The notes: generated by a model from the letters alone, not told the origin. DNA of 64,000 nt from Eledone cirrhosa (GCA_964016885.1 CAXHJY010000608.1:62001-126000), one strand, 5' to 3'. Positions 15,002 through 28,592 are shown, numbered from the stretch's first letter. A program made the numbers and translations.

Positions 15002-15895
15002 TAGCCGAAGTACCCGCGCCTTGTCTCGTTTCGCACATTTTTTTTTTTTTTGTAAGAAAATGACGATTGATTTTAAATCAGTGATATAATTTATGGAGAA
15101 AAACTGTGCATTTCAATATTACACAATGTAAAACGTAATGCTGGAAAAATTGGAAAACATCATTTTTTGTAATATATCAAATCAAAATTACATTATTAAA
15201 TCTTATTCTTATTGTGTTTCTTATAAATCATTTTTTTTTTAAATACCAATTCAAAACATAATCATTTCATTTTTGTCTAAAGCATTATATTCAAAGAAGG
15301 AATCCAAAGTTTAATTATTTATTTTTTAACATAATAAATACACGAAAATATATTTCATACTTTGTCCTAATGAAGAACTTCAGGGTAAATAACATTTCTT
15401 GATTGGCTAAAATGTAGGCATTTTTTGAAGTTCTAGTCCTTGAAACAGCCACATAACACATGCCATGACTGAAACATGGGTTTGTCAGATCTATACCAAT
15501 AGTTATGAAAGTTTGATCTTGACTCTTATTGATGTATATTGCAAAGCATGGCCTCACTGGGAACTGCATATTGGCCAAATTTTTCCCTATAGGAGGTTTA
15601 ACCACCATTAGGGGGTCTTAATATTATTGAAATTTGCTGAAATTTTGTGAATAGGCATCATATCTTGTCATTTACCTATGGTTTAAATTTCATATGAATC
15701 GAAGGGAAAACATTTTCAGCGGGGGTTTTGTGCCCCTGGAAACCCTTTGATTAAAATAAAATATACTTATCCAAGTACCCTGGGCAATGTAGTTTCAGAA
15801 TATATGTGGTTATGTGGGTCTATCTCCTAAACCATAGGAGGAATTCGTGAACAAACAAAAAAACAATCAAGCAGACAGGAACTACAACTTTATAT
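15001..15895 (-). mobile_element. Non-autonomous Helitron with a PIF1-like helicase fragment
   Basis: 3' CTAG at 15001-15004 next to an imperfect GC hairpin; ORF 15315-15608 QFPVRPCFAIYINKSQDQT...PCFSHGMCYVAVSR matches the C-terminal motifs of Helitron helicases. Confidence 0.75.
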
Positions 15896-15902
15896 ATATA
15901 TA

Positions 15903-16478
15903 TTGTTATACTTTGGGAGGGTCATGTTGCCAATAAGAAACACACGCACCAGTTGCTTTCACTTCAATTTAATTTATTATATATTTATAAATTTACAAAT
16001 TTATAAATTTCTGGTTGGTTGGTTGGTTCCACAACCAGATAGTTGTTTATATATATATAGTCATAGTTCTTTCGTCACACACTCTGTGACCTCTTCAGTG
16101 ACTGGGGATTTCTTTCTTCGTTTCTGTGCCTTTCCTTTCTTCTATCCTACGCCATTTTGTTTGACAAACAAAATGGCGTAGGATAGAAGAAAGGAAAGGC
16201 ACAGAAACGAAGAAAGAAATCCCCAGTCACTGAAGAGGTCACAGAGTGTGTGACGAAAGAACTATGACTATATATATATAAACAACTATCTGGTTGTGGA
16301 ACCAACCAACCAGAAATTTATAAATTTGTAAATTTATAAATATATAATAAATTAAATTGAAGTGAAAGCAACTGGTGCGTGTGTTTCTTATTGGCAACAT
16401 GACCCTCCCAAAGTATAACAATATCGGTTTCAACACACGATTTCAGATAAAGAATCTTGCTAAAGAAATTCAGAAACG

Positions 16479-16480
<2 letters not shown>
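15903..16480. mobile_element. Fold-back PLE pseudo-LTR, family A
   Basis: Near-perfect ~260-bp palindrome centred at 16164; right arm has a ~57-nt extra tail; HHRs at 16059-16103 (-) and 16225-16269 (+). Confidence 0.85.
16225..16269 (+). ncRNA. Minimal type I hammerhead, family A (8 copies: 16059-,16225+,17602+,20682-,22457+,26895-,27078+,43295-)
   Basis: agtca-CTGAAGA-g-gtcac agagtgt gtgac-GAAA-gaac-TA-tgact; helix III vestigial, as in PLE HHRs. Confidence 0.75.
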
Positions 16481-16526
<46 letters not shown>

Positions 16527-16528
<2 letters not shown>

Positions 16529-16883
16529 GTGTATAGTGGTAGCTATAGTGCTTCCATAGGCGGTATGCCAAAATTAGCACTCAATATTCATCACAATAGA
16601 GTGTAGATATTATAAAGAAAATGAAAAATCAGTGATGCATCTGGACTTAGTTTATTTCGTGTTACAAATGTTTCGCCGGCATGTAGCTTGAGTCATGGTG
16701 CTTGTATGGATCAGTGATAAAATTTGCTCCGGACATAACACCCGTGTCTGAAAGAACCCGCAGAAGCAGAATCAGCCAGATCCATACAAGCACCATGACT
16801 CAAGCTACATGCCGGCGAAACATTTGTAACACGAAATAAACTAAATCCAGATGCATCACTGATTTTTCGTTTTCTTTATAATA
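16527..16883. mobile_element. Fold-back PLE-type end, family D
   Basis: ~16610-16712 is the reverse complement of ~16779-16883; left arm has a ~80-nt extra tail; TA flanks. Confidence 0.75.
16743..16833 (+). ncRNA. Hammerhead-like motif with expanded stem II (family D)
   Basis: cgtgt-CTGAAAGA-[61 nt]-GAAAC attt GTA-acacg. Confidence 0.5.
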
Positions 16884-16892
16884 TATATATAT

Positions 16893-17797
16893 AGGGGTGA
16901 ATTAGCTTACAAATTCAGAAGGGCCCTAGATAAACATAAACTCAATATTAAGATAGTAGAAAGACCAGGTACTTCCATAAAATCACTTATTAGCAATACA
17001 TACCCTTTTCAAAGACCTCCCTGTATAGATAAGAAATGTATAATCTGTAAACCAAGCCCCCATATTAACTGTAAAACTAGAAATGTAGTATATAGCATAA
17101 GATGTACTGAAGGACAATGTAGAGATAAGAATATTGTACATAGGTGAGACAGCTCGTAGTATAAGAGAACGGATAAATGAACACTGGCAAGAGATTCAAG
17201 ATAGTAAAGAATCATCTGTACTCTACCAACATGCTAAAATAGAACATAAGGGTAAATTAAAGAACATAGAAATAAAAATAGAATCTACACACAGAAAAGA
17301 CGCAATGTTTAGACAAATCACAGAGGCAATAAATATAAATGAACTCCAACCAAAATTAAATAGAAAGCATGAAAGGAATAGCAACATCACAACTTACAAT
17401 TAAGGACAAAATTAAAACACACACACACATAGAACAAACAACCAACCAGTAACATGTAAACAAACAAATAAATAAACAAATATAAACACACACAGACACC
17501 CGGATGTAACACATGCGCAAACTAAGCACACAACACACACAAAAACAAGATCGCGCAGGACAGAACAAAGGAGAGGCACAAAAACAAAGAAAATAATTCC
17601 CAGTCACTGAAGAGGTCACATAATGTGTGACGAAAGCACTTTGACATTATATGAACAATCGTCTGGTTGTGGAACAACCAACCAACCGGAAATTTATAAA
17701 TTCCTAAATTTATTAATTTAATTTATAATAAATTGAAGTGAAAGCACCTGGTGCGTGTGTTTCTTATTGGCAACATGACCCTCCCAGAGTATAACAA
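16893..17797 (+). mobile_element. 5'-truncated PLE (family A, diverged subfamily): GIY-YIG remnant + 3' UTR + HHR
   Basis: NVVYSIRC...YIGETARSIRERINEH...RQITEAINI...LNRK; homologous to 21640-22657. Confidence 0.85.
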
Positions 17798-17833
<36 letters not shown>

Positions 17834-17842
17834 ATATATATA

Positions 17843-18644
17843 TTTGTGAAATGAGTGGTGGTTGAAATTCAAATGTGCACGGTTAAATGGTAGTTGATGT
17901 GGTCGGACGGACATGAAAATTTACACACCTTTGTAAAAAGTGCCAAGGAAGCAAATTTCAAATCTTTAACTTGAAAAATGTGGTCCCTAGGGCCCCCGAA
18001 CGGTCTATTTACTATCGCGTTCGGTGAGTTATTTCCCCCTATTCTGATACTTGGCTCAGTTATTTACAATTTCATACAAATGTTTAAACCCATCAACGTT
18101 CTTTCGCTGTTAACATACAGTACCAATAATTTGAAAAATATTATTGAAAATTTATTATAAAGAAGCAGTTTCAGGAAAAAGTGTAAACTATCATACAAAC
18201 CTTCATAATATGCATTTTTAAACTTGCATATCATCGACATTGCTATTTGGCTGTTAATAGACTATAATCCTTCTACATTTAACGATCATACAGTACCGTT
18301 TTATGAAATCAATTGTGATGTACGGTCACTGTTTTCCATCAAAAGAAATAAAACCCTTAAATTGCGAAGAACGGAAGCGTGTTTTTATTTTAATTCTAAT
18401 AAATGTTAACCACCACTAACAGTAAGTAGTATTTTTCAAATTGCATATCATCGACATTGCTATTTCGCTGTTAATAAACAACGCTTTTCACGTCGCTTCA
18501 CTTCTCATTGTACGCCGTCCAGCCCCAAGTGCATATTTCTATTTTTTCCTCAAACTGCTTCTTTATAATAAACTTTCAATAATATTTTTGAAATTATTAA
18601 CTTAATAAAAACTGGCCACGGGTGCAACCGGGCTCAGCTGCTAG
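17843..18644 (+). mobile_element. Putative non-autonomous Helitron
   Basis: Ends in an imperfect hairpin (cacgggtgcaaccggg) followed by CTAG|T; internal inverted segments ~18120-18180 / ~18545-18600. Confidence 0.55.
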
Positions 18645-19172
18645 TATATATATACAAGTGGAAGCTTAGTAAAATCGAAGCTTTTGCTGTGGCCAAGCAA
18701 AGCTGACTTACAATAAGGAATGAGTAGCAAACCACTTAATAAGGGTAGGTCCTTAGAGTAATAACATTACGTTTAAAAGCTTGACAAATTTTTAAATTGC
18801 GGTAGGCGAAACCCAACCATACAATACCAAAAACAACGAAAAAGCTGATCAGGTAAAACAACAGACCTGGACATGTCGAACGATATTCTGCAATACGTCC
18901 GATATGATTCTATAAATTCGAAATTATCTATCCAACTTACGTAACACATAAACTTGTGGTGTTCTATGATCGAACAGGGGATTCATTTCATCAACAGGGA
19001 TCCCGTTCTTTTGCTTCAAACTGATGTGACATTAACTAAATGCGACTGCCACAATAGACAGCCTTCAATCATTTCGTTGTCACGTGTTATTTCCAACAAG
19101 GGAAGCAACCCCCGTTTTTGGCGGGTAAATTCAAAATGTTAACAAAGGAAAAATATTTCCGTTCAGCATTCC

Positions 19173-19208
<36 letters not shown>

Positions 19209-19421
19209 TCATATATAAATATTTAGAAAGAAGAAACAGTTTTACTTATTCAACTGCACTTTATTGCCTTGCATCATGCGCGTTATGTTAAATCAGGGTG
19301 TAAATAGCTTTTACAAATGCATATTTTAGTGCTTTGGAAATGTACATAAAATGTATGATGTATGAGTGTTTACACCACTGTCAGTGGATTCCTTTGCTCA
19401 ACCAGCAGACACACATATGCA

Positions 19422-19485
<64 letters not shown>

Positions 19486-19560
19486 TCTCTCTCTCTCCCT
19501 CTCCCTCTCTCTATTTCTCTCTCTCTCTCTCTCTCTCACTATACATATATATATCAAAAA

Positions 19561-20288
19561 CCCGATCTGGATGCCATATACAAATGGCTGAGGACAACAA
19601 CATGCAGTTTAATGCTGTAAAATGTCAAGCCCTACAATACTAACATGTTAACACAAAGACAGTACAACACAGCTACACTGGACCAAGGATGATCGAAATT
19701 CCTGTGTCGAAATCGACACGAGATCTGGGGTTAGACATGAGCGACGATGCATCTTTTTCTTCACACATCATGAGGGTGTAGACAATGTGCATGCGACTCA
19801 CTGGTTGGATCTTGAGGATTTTCAGGACAAGAAACCGAGAGAATATGTCAATACAATGGAGGACATTTGTCCTGAGACAACTGGACTACTGCTCCCAAAT
19901 GTGGTCACGCCATAATATCAAACTAACCACGGTATTGAGAGCTGGACCAAATTCCGAACAGGACGTCAGTGTTTGGTACCAAACATCTAGAATAAGGAGC
20001 AGATATTCCAATAGACTGGGGTTCAAAAACCCTCAATCATTCAACAAGCTGCCAAGAAATTTGAGTGATCTTCCTGGTATGGACGTGGATGTTTTCAAGA
20101 AACATCTAGACACTCTGCTATCCGCGATGCCGGTTGATTCTACGGTATGGTACAAAGGTAACCTAAGTGAAGCAGCAACGAACACGCTGTTACACCAATG
20201 GCCAGGCAACACAGGCTGGAGACAGAACGTGAAGCAACAAGGGCGGTGCAACAGCATGGCCTCAGCTGGATAGCTGGAACAGGTAAAA
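19561..20288 (+). pseudogene. Degenerate 3' fragment of CR1/L2-clade LINE
   Basis: DLDAIYKWAEDNNMQFNAVKCQ; GWILRIFRTRNRE; LDYCSQMWS; FNKLPRNL...FKKHLD. Confidence 0.8.
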
Positions 20289-20487
20289 GAGAAAAACCAC
20301 AGACCCTCCATCTCAACTCACCTTTTGAAAAGCAGAAGAACTGCGAAACCGGTAAAGGAACCAAATAAATATATATATTTAAAAAAAAAATAAGACTCCA
20401 GTTGCATTTTCGATTGCATCTCTTTTTCTTTATACTTTCACTCGTGTGGGACACCTCGGTTATTTTTCATTTTGTAAAAAAAACCTC

Positions 20488-20497
<10 letters not shown>
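20289..20497 (+). mobile_element. HHR-bearing 3' end of non-coding element family E
   Basis: Matches ~45973-46177. Confidence 0.75.
20321..20358 (+). ncRNA. Minimal type I hammerhead with U3-A8 core (family E; copies 45182-45219 -, 46005-46043 +)
   Basis: cctt-TTGAAAA-gcag aagaa ctgc-GAAA-ccgg-TA-aagg; palindromic helix III ACCGGT. Confidence 0.75.
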
Positions 20498-20530
<33 letters not shown>

Positions 20531-21029
20531 CATACTTTGGGAGGGTCATGTTGCCAATAAGAAACACACGCACCAGTTGCTTTCACTTCAATTTATTATA
20601 TATTTATAAATTTATAAATCTACAAACTTATAAATTTCTGGTTGGTTGGTTGGTTCCACAACCAGATAGTTGTTTATATATAGTCATAGTCCTTTCGTCA
20701 CACACTCTGTGACCTCTTCAGTGACTGGGGATTCCTTTCCTTTGTTTCTGTGCCTTTCCTTTCTTCTATCCTACGCCATTTTGTTTCTGTGTGTGTGTTG
20801 TGTGCTCAGTTTGCGCATGCGCCACATCCGGGTGTCTGTGTGTGTTTGTGTTCATTTATCTATTTGTTTATTTATTTTATTTATTTATTGTTGGTTGGTT
20901 GTTTGTTCTATGTGTGTGTGTGTTTTCATTTTGTCCTGTGTGTGTTTTCATTTTGTTCTTAATTGTAAGTTGTTTGTTCTATGTGTGTGTGTGTTTTCAT
21001 TTTGTCCTGTGTGTGTTTTCATTTTGTCC

Positions 21030-21562
21030 TTAATTGTAAGTTGTGATGTTGCTGTTCCACTCATATTTTCTATTTAATTTTGGTTTTAATTCTTTTATGC
21101 TTACTGCCTCTGTAATTTGCCTAAACATTGCGTCTTTTCTGTGTGTGGATTCTATTTTTATTTCTATGTTCTCTAATCTACCCCTGTGTTCTATCTTAGC
21201 ATGTTGGTAGAGCACAGATGATTCTTTATTATCTTGGAGGTCTCGCCAGTGTTCATTTATTCGTTCCCCTATACTACGAGCTGTCTCACCTATGTACACT
21301 ATATTTTTGTTTCTACATTGTCCTTCTGTACATCTTATGCTATACACTACATTTCTAGTTTTACAGTTAATATGGGGGCTTATTTACAGGTTATACATTT
21401 CTTATCTATACATGAGGGTCTTTGGAACGGGTATGTCTTGCTAATAAGTGTTTTTACGGAGGTACCTGGTCTTTCTACTATCTTAATATTGAGATTATGT
21501 TTATTTAGGGCCCTTCTAAATTTGTAGGCTAGTTCGCCTCTAGGGGTTGTATTGATGAACAT
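21030..21562 (-). pseudogene. PLE C-terminus: Cys-rich linker + GIY-YIG endonuclease (Neptune/Nematis-like)
   Basis: FINTTPRGELA...IVERPG...CITCK*...NVVYSIRC..YIGETARSIGERINEH...LNRKYEW; internal stop. Confidence 0.85.
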
Positions 21563-21639
21563 TACACTCTGGTATTTATTGCTATCATACCATGAGTTTA
21601 TTCTATTGGCCTTGTTCCTAGTTCTTTCAATACAACCTC

Positions 21640-22153
21640 TAGAGGCGAACTAGCCTACAAATTTAGAAGGGCCCTAAATAAACATAATCTCAATATTAAG
21701 ATAGTAGAAAGACCAGGTACCTCCGTAAAAACACTTATTAGCAAGACATACCCGTTCCAAAGACCCTCATGTATAGATAAGAAATGTATAACCTGTAAAA
21801 TAAGCCCCCATATTAACTGTAAAACTAGAAATGTAGTGTATAGCATAAGATGTACAGAAGGACAATGTAGAAACAAAAATATAGTGTACATAGGTGAGAC
21901 AGCTCGTAGTATAGGGGAACGAATAAATGAACACTGGCGAGACCTCCAAGATAATAAAGAATCGTCTGTGCTCTACCAACATGCTAAGATAGAACACAGG
22001 GGTAGATTAGAGAACATAGAAATAAAAATAGCATCCACACACAGAAAAGACGCAATGTTTAGGCAAATTACAGAGGCAGTAAGCATAAAAGAATTAAAAC
22101 CAAAATTAAATAGAAAATATGAGTGGAACAGCAACATCACAACTTACAATTAA
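21640..22153 (+). pseudogene. PLE GIY-YIG endonuclease fragment (inverted copy)
   Basis: Same protein as the minus-strand arm, with one substitution in the 105-aa ORF (E>A). Confidence 0.85.
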
Positions 22154-22713
22154 GGACAAAATGAAAACACACACAGGACAAAATGAAAACACACACACAC
22201 ATAGAACAAACAACTTACAATTAAGAACAAAATGAAAACACACACAGGACAAAATGAAAACACACACACACATAGAACAAACAACCAACCAACAATAAAT
22301 AAATAAAATAAATAAACAAATAGATAAATGAACACAAACACACACAGACACCCGGATGTGGCGCATGCGCAAACTGAGCACACAACACACACACAGAAAC
22401 AAAATGGCGTAGGATAGAAGAAAGGAAAGGCACAGAAACAAAGGAAAGGAATCCCCAGTCACTGAAGAGGTCACAGAGTGTGTGACGAAAGGACTATGAC
22501 TATATATAAACAACTATCTGGTTGTGGAACCAACCAACCAACCAGAAATGTATAAGTTTGTAGATTTATAAATTTATAAATATATAATAAATTGAAGTGA
22601 AAGCAACTGGTGCGTGTGTTTCTTATTGGCAACATGACCCTCCCAAAGTATAACAATATCGGTTTCAACACACGATTTCAGATAAAGAATCTTGCTAAAC
22701 AAATTCAGAAACG

Positions 22714-22816
<103 letters not shown>

Positions 22817-22869
22817 TTGAGTAGTCTGGTGCGTTATGGTTCATCTGGTTCCTTACCACAATTCCTTTG

Positions 22870-22904
<35 letters not shown>

Positions 22905-24345
22905 GTATCAATGATATTAAATAAATGGAAACTATATTTATAAAACCATATTTATTCTATTATATATATTTCAAGAGTACCAAAACTTTGGTACGCTCTC
23001 ATAAGATAAAATACAAATATTGTTTTATAAATATTCCTGGAAATATGGTTCAAGTTTATCCAGGAAAAACTTGAACCGTTAAGATCTTCTTCCTGGATAT
23101 GTCACTATTTATAAAACAAACTTTGTATTTTATCTAATGAGTGCGTACCAAAGTTTTGGTACCCTTGAAATATATATAATAGAATAAATATGGTTTTATA
23201 ACTATATTTATCTGTTAGTAGTAATAAAAGGAAGATTAATAATTATTTCCAACTAATTAAATCACAACAGGGAGTAAACTTACATAGCAACATAGTACCA
23301 GAGAATTCTATTAGCAATAATAATAATGGTAAAAGCACTAATGAAATTAATAACAATGAGAACGATAACCATCATTACCCTAATGCTATCCATAACAACC
23401 ATGCATCTACACACCCTATTAACCAGCAAACAAACAACCAGAATAACTGTAACTGTAGAACAAATAGAACTTGTCCCTTAGGTAAAAATCGCTTAATCAA
23501 AGACATCATTTACTCATACACAGTCAACACAAACAACTCTTCAAAAACATATATCGGTTCTACTTCGAACTGCTTGAAGCCGAGATATAACTCGCATCTC
23601 CACACTTTCAAATATCGCAATCTAACCAACTACACTTCTTTATCTATCTACATACACTCTCTGAAAACTAGGAATAGACCATATACATTTCAATGGGAAG
23701 TAATAGATAGGCCCGCATCGTATAAACCACCGAATAAATTATGTAACCTCCGTCTTCTCGGCACCCGCACTATAATCTATTGTAAACTAGACCTCTTAAA
23801 TAGAAAATAAGAGATTTTTACCATGTGCCAACATAACTTTAAACCTAGCTGCTAGTATATAACAATGTCAGATCTGGATTCCTCACCATCATTAACAATT
23901 CACCTCTAGGTCTTATCAGCATATAATTACCCCCACAGCACCACACTCTATGATCAGCTCATTCCTCTACTTAACTCATATTTATATCTAACCTTATATT
24001 CTACAATAACTATTAGGAATAAACATAAGGTTACCACCATTTAATATAACTACTATAGCTTACTTGTATAATAGTCAGTAATGGATAGATAATAATACAA
24101 TGAGACCTTTAATGTATTATAGGAAAATAAATTATATTTATAATTAAATATATAAATTAATACCATTATATATAAGGGATTCACTTATAACATAGTATAA
24201 TGTATATTAATAACACAAGAGATTTAACTAATTGGACCTGTAAATAACTATACATTTTTTCTATAGTTTACTTATATTTTATTCAGTAATGGATAGATAA
24301 CAATATAATGAGACCTTTAATGTAGTATAGGAAAATAGATTATAT

Positions 24346-24453
24346 TCAAATCCCGCCGAGGTTAACTTTGCCTTTCATCCTTACGGGGTCGATAAAATAA
24401 AGTACCAGTAATGCACTGGGTAATTGTTGGCCTTGTGCCAAAAGTAGAAACAA
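24346..24453 (+). mobile_element. SINE fragment (resembles the abundant octopus SINE)
   Basis: caaatcccgccgaggttaactttgcctttcatccttacggggtcgataaaataagtaccagt...; recognised from memory; related pieces at ~2770-2830 and ~4845-4875. Confidence 0.65.
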
Positions 24454-24494
24454 TTATATAAAAGGGATTCACTTGAAGCACAATATAAATCATA

Positions 24495-24881
24495 CTAGCA
24501 GATTTACCCAGCGTTGCTCGGGTTTTGAAATAATGCTAAGAATATACAGCTAGGAGGTAAAAGAAGAACATTATTTGTCCCCAACCTGTCAAAATAAGCA
24601 GTCTCATTATAAGGATTGTCAATAAAGTTGGTTATTTCCCTTTTTTTATAAGGATTGTCAATAAAGTTGGTTATCTCCCTTACATCAATTTTGCTCCCGA
24701 TAATTTTGATATTGATTTTTTATTGCTCAACGTGGAGCGATTGGAAAAATGTTTGTGATGTGACCATCTTAGCGACCTGTGGAACGTGCACAGACAATTT
24801 GGTCAATTTCGGTTGGTAATTGTAAAAGCCTTAGGTATCCAAAGTTGTACACACACCACCTCGCTTTTATATATATAAAGA
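24495..24881 (-). mobile_element. Non-autonomous Helitron (~387 bp)
   Basis: Minus strand begins TC and ends CCCGAGCAACGCTGGG hairpin + CTAG; inserted A|T with no TSD, judged against the paralogous empty site at ~24205. Confidence 0.8.
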
Positions 24882-25839
24882 TTAGCAAAAGGAATTTAAC
24901 TAATTGGAGCTGTAAACAACTATACATTTTTTTCTATTTTTTTCTATGATATACAAATTAATCGCTAATTACCTCCCCTTTCAAATTAACTCCCCTTAAT
25001 ATAGATCTCAAACTCACTTCCGGAAATTAAACCGTTAGAAGAATCACTCCATAAAAACTCGAACCCGGGATAGCAGTAAAATAGGACCAATATACAATCT
25101 ATAGCTGTATCTTATTAAAAACTTTCACTAAAATAAAATATAACCAATGTAATGGAAAAGATAACCATAATAATAATAATACTCTCAACACATACACAAT
25201 TTAAAATTACAGAAACAATTGTCACACTACATCCACCATAAACTCATAATTTTAATACACAAACATCTTTGCCTGCATGATATGCTTGTAAACCTATGTT
25301 ATTTTATGTGATACCTTTGCCATGCAATAATTATATATGCCTAATACCATTGCTTCTTTCCTACCGAACTCTCCTGTATATGCCTAACGCATTTGCACTC
25401 TCTATACTGCTTTAATAATGATACTATTCTCTTGTAATCTCTGTCACATGCATTGCACTCTCTACCTCTTTAATTATTATACAATTCTCTTGTAATCTCT
25501 GTCACATACATTCCACTCTGTAAATACCAAACTGTTGATGACAACATTAATATCCATATATCGATATAATTGTTTAGTTGAATAGGAAGTTAATTTTATG
25601 TCCAAATTTTGCTAGCGCTCCGAGCCACCCAAACGAAAGTCTGGAAGGAACGATTGTCAGCAATAAAATGATTTGAACATAGGTTTGATTATTGAGTAAT
25701 TTATATTCCTGCTCTGTAAAACATCTGATGTATTTACATTGAGCTATATTCTTATTGGTAATAAGGTAATAATAAATTACTGACGTTTACTAGTTATAGT
25801 TGTATAATGTGTATATATATAACAATAAATAATATGATT

Positions 25840-25870
25840 ATTATATATATATATAAATATGTATATATAA

Positions 25871-25909
<39 letters not shown>

Positions 25910-25910
25910 A

Positions 25911-25943
<33 letters not shown>

Positions 25944-25970
25944 AATATGTATATATACATATATATATAC

Positions 25971-26035
<65 letters not shown>

Positions 26036-26218
26036 TATATATAAATATGTATATATATACGTATATATATATAAATATGTATATATACGTATATATATAT
26101 ATATATATATGAATATGTATATATATATATAAATATGTGTATATACATATATATATATAAATATGTATATATACATATATATATATATAAATATGTATAT
26201 ATACAAATATATATATAA

Positions 26219-26265
<47 letters not shown>

Positions 26266-26527
26266 TATATATAAATATGTATATATACATATATATATAT
26301 ATAAATATGTATATATACATATATATATATAAATATGTATATATACATATATATATATAAATATGTATATATACATATATATATATAAATATGTATATAT
26401 ACATATATATATATAAATATGTATGTATACATATATATATATAAATATCTATATATACATATATATATATAATATGTATATATACATATATATATATAAA
26501 TAAGTATATATACATATATATATATAA

Positions 26528-26602
<75 letters not shown>

Positions 26603-26684
26603 CATATTTATATATATATATATATATGTATATATTTATATATATATATATATTTATATATTTATATATATATATATATTTATA

Positions 26685-26737
<53 letters not shown>
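25840..26737. repeat. Compound TA microsatellite with ~26-30-bp higher-order unit
   Basis: Recurring ATAAATATGTATATATAC. Confidence 0.9.
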
Positions 26738-26743
<6 letters not shown>

Positions 26744-27336
26744 ATACTTTGGGAGGGTCATGTTGCCAATAAGAAACACACGCACCAGTTGCTTTCACTT
26801 CAATTTAATTTATTAAATATTTATAAATTTACAAATTTATAAATTTCTGGTTGGTTGGTTGGTTCCACAACCAGATAGTTGTTTATATATATATAGTCAT
26901 AGTTCTTTCGTCACACACTCTGTGACCTCTTCAGTGACTGGGGATTTCTTTCTTCGTTTCTGTGCCTTTCCTTTCTTCTATCCTTCGCCATTTTCTATCC
27001 TTTCTATCCTACGCCATTTTTGAAAATGGCGTAGGATAGAAGAAAGGAAAGGCACAGAAACGAAGAAAGAAATCCCCAGTCACTGAAGAGGTCACAGAGT
27101 GTGTGACGAAAGAACTATGACTATATATATATAAACAACTATCTGGTTGTGGAACCAACCAACCAACCAGAAATTTATAAATTTGTAAATTTATAAATAT
27201 TTAATAAATTAAATTGAAGTGAAAGCAACTGGTGCGTGTGTTTCTTATTGGCAACTTGACCCTCCCAAAGTATAACAATATCGGTTTCAACACACGATTT
27301 CAGATAAAGAATCTTGCTAAACAAATTCAGAAACGA
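26738..27336. mobile_element. Fold-back PLE pseudo-LTR, family A
   Basis: Same structure and end points as 15903-16480; small stutter duplication at the centre (~26980-27020). Confidence 0.85.
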
Positions 27337-27364
27337 TATATATATATATATGTATATATATATT

Positions 27365-27447
<83 letters not shown>

Positions 27448-27734
27448 GTATATATGTATATATATAAATTATGTATGTATATATTAGGTATATATCACCT
27501 TGATCAGATTGACCGACCAGTCAGTCGGGGCGCCAATCGGCGCCGCTGGACCCAGCATGTTGTGCTGTTTTAGCCATAGGATAACGCCATCCCACTGGCT
27601 GGGCGGGCAGGCCGATTAGATATACATATATATATATATTTAAATTATGTATGTATATATATATATAAATGATGTATGTATATATATATTAGGTATATCT
27701 CTATATATATATAAATTATGTATGTATATATATT

Positions 27735-27801
<67 letters not shown>

Positions 27802-27844
27802 TTATGTATGTATATATATATTAGGTATATATATATATATATGT

Positions 27845-28452
27845 CCGGTCACCAGTTGGTGTTACTGGTAACATGTATTCCCGTACAACCTGTAACATGG
27901 TCGGGTCGTTGGCGACTAAACTATCAATCCCACCAAGATTTCTTGGTGAAGAGGTTAACTTTGGAGATCCTGCAGGACTAAAAACAAAACATGTCAAAGG
28001 GCAAAGTAACTCTTAAGAGTCAATGGCCAACCAAAATCACCGGGAGGGATGACCCCTTAGCCTTTGTCAAGGCAGAATTCTAGGAGTAGGAAAACTCTGA
28101 TATAACACCTGCAACCCTGATGGTATCCAATGATGTTGATCTTTTCTTCTTTTTGGTAAATATCATCTTGGTTAAGAGAGTGGAACTGGCTTTGTGCAGT
28201 GCCTTTGCTCAGTATAAAAGCTTCACGGCACAGGCATTGCTTTATATATGTACATCTCTCTGCAATTGTGGTCACAAGGTACCATGGGCACAGCACTATG
28301 TGTAAATAATTGTCACAGGTGTAGTGTTTGTACCAGAGTTTTCAAGTGGCTGGCTGGACTAAAAAGTCACACTCGTTCAGCGCATCGGTAGGGGTTCTCC
28401 TACATGGATATAAAGTAGTTGCCGTACTCGAAAACGAGTTGGCAGCCACCCA

Positions 28453-28455
<3 letters not shown>
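27845..28455. mobile_element. Unclassified insertion, possibly an RTE-type 5' UTR fragment
   Basis: Non-repetitive island in TA; CTAGGAGTAGGAAAACTCTGA resembles RTE 5' UTR motifs (from memory only). Confidence 0.3.
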
Positions 28456-28499
<44 letters not shown>

Positions 28500-28516
28500 G
28501 TATGTATATATATATT

Positions 28517-28592
<76 letters not shown>

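Larger units (their letters stand above)
22903..25800 (+). mobile_element. Decayed PLE (family F, YRDD-type): inverted pLTR pair, GIY-YIG remnant, long 3' UTR
   Basis: Inverted arms ~22940-23030 / ~23110-23200 with mutated HHR cores (CTTATGA, CTAATGA); CNCRTNRTCPL...TYIGSTSN..KPRYNSH...LCNL..LLNRK at ~23445-23830; 3' boundary uncertain. Confidence 0.7.

Noticed and set aside
18840-18885. CTGATCA...GGAC hammerhead-like motif (a similar weak one at ~3860)
   Set aside because: Several core mismatches and no helix I
28360-28453. HDV-like ribozyme at a putative RTE 5' end (minus strand)
   Set aside because: Only a simple hairpin found; nested double pseudoknot not built
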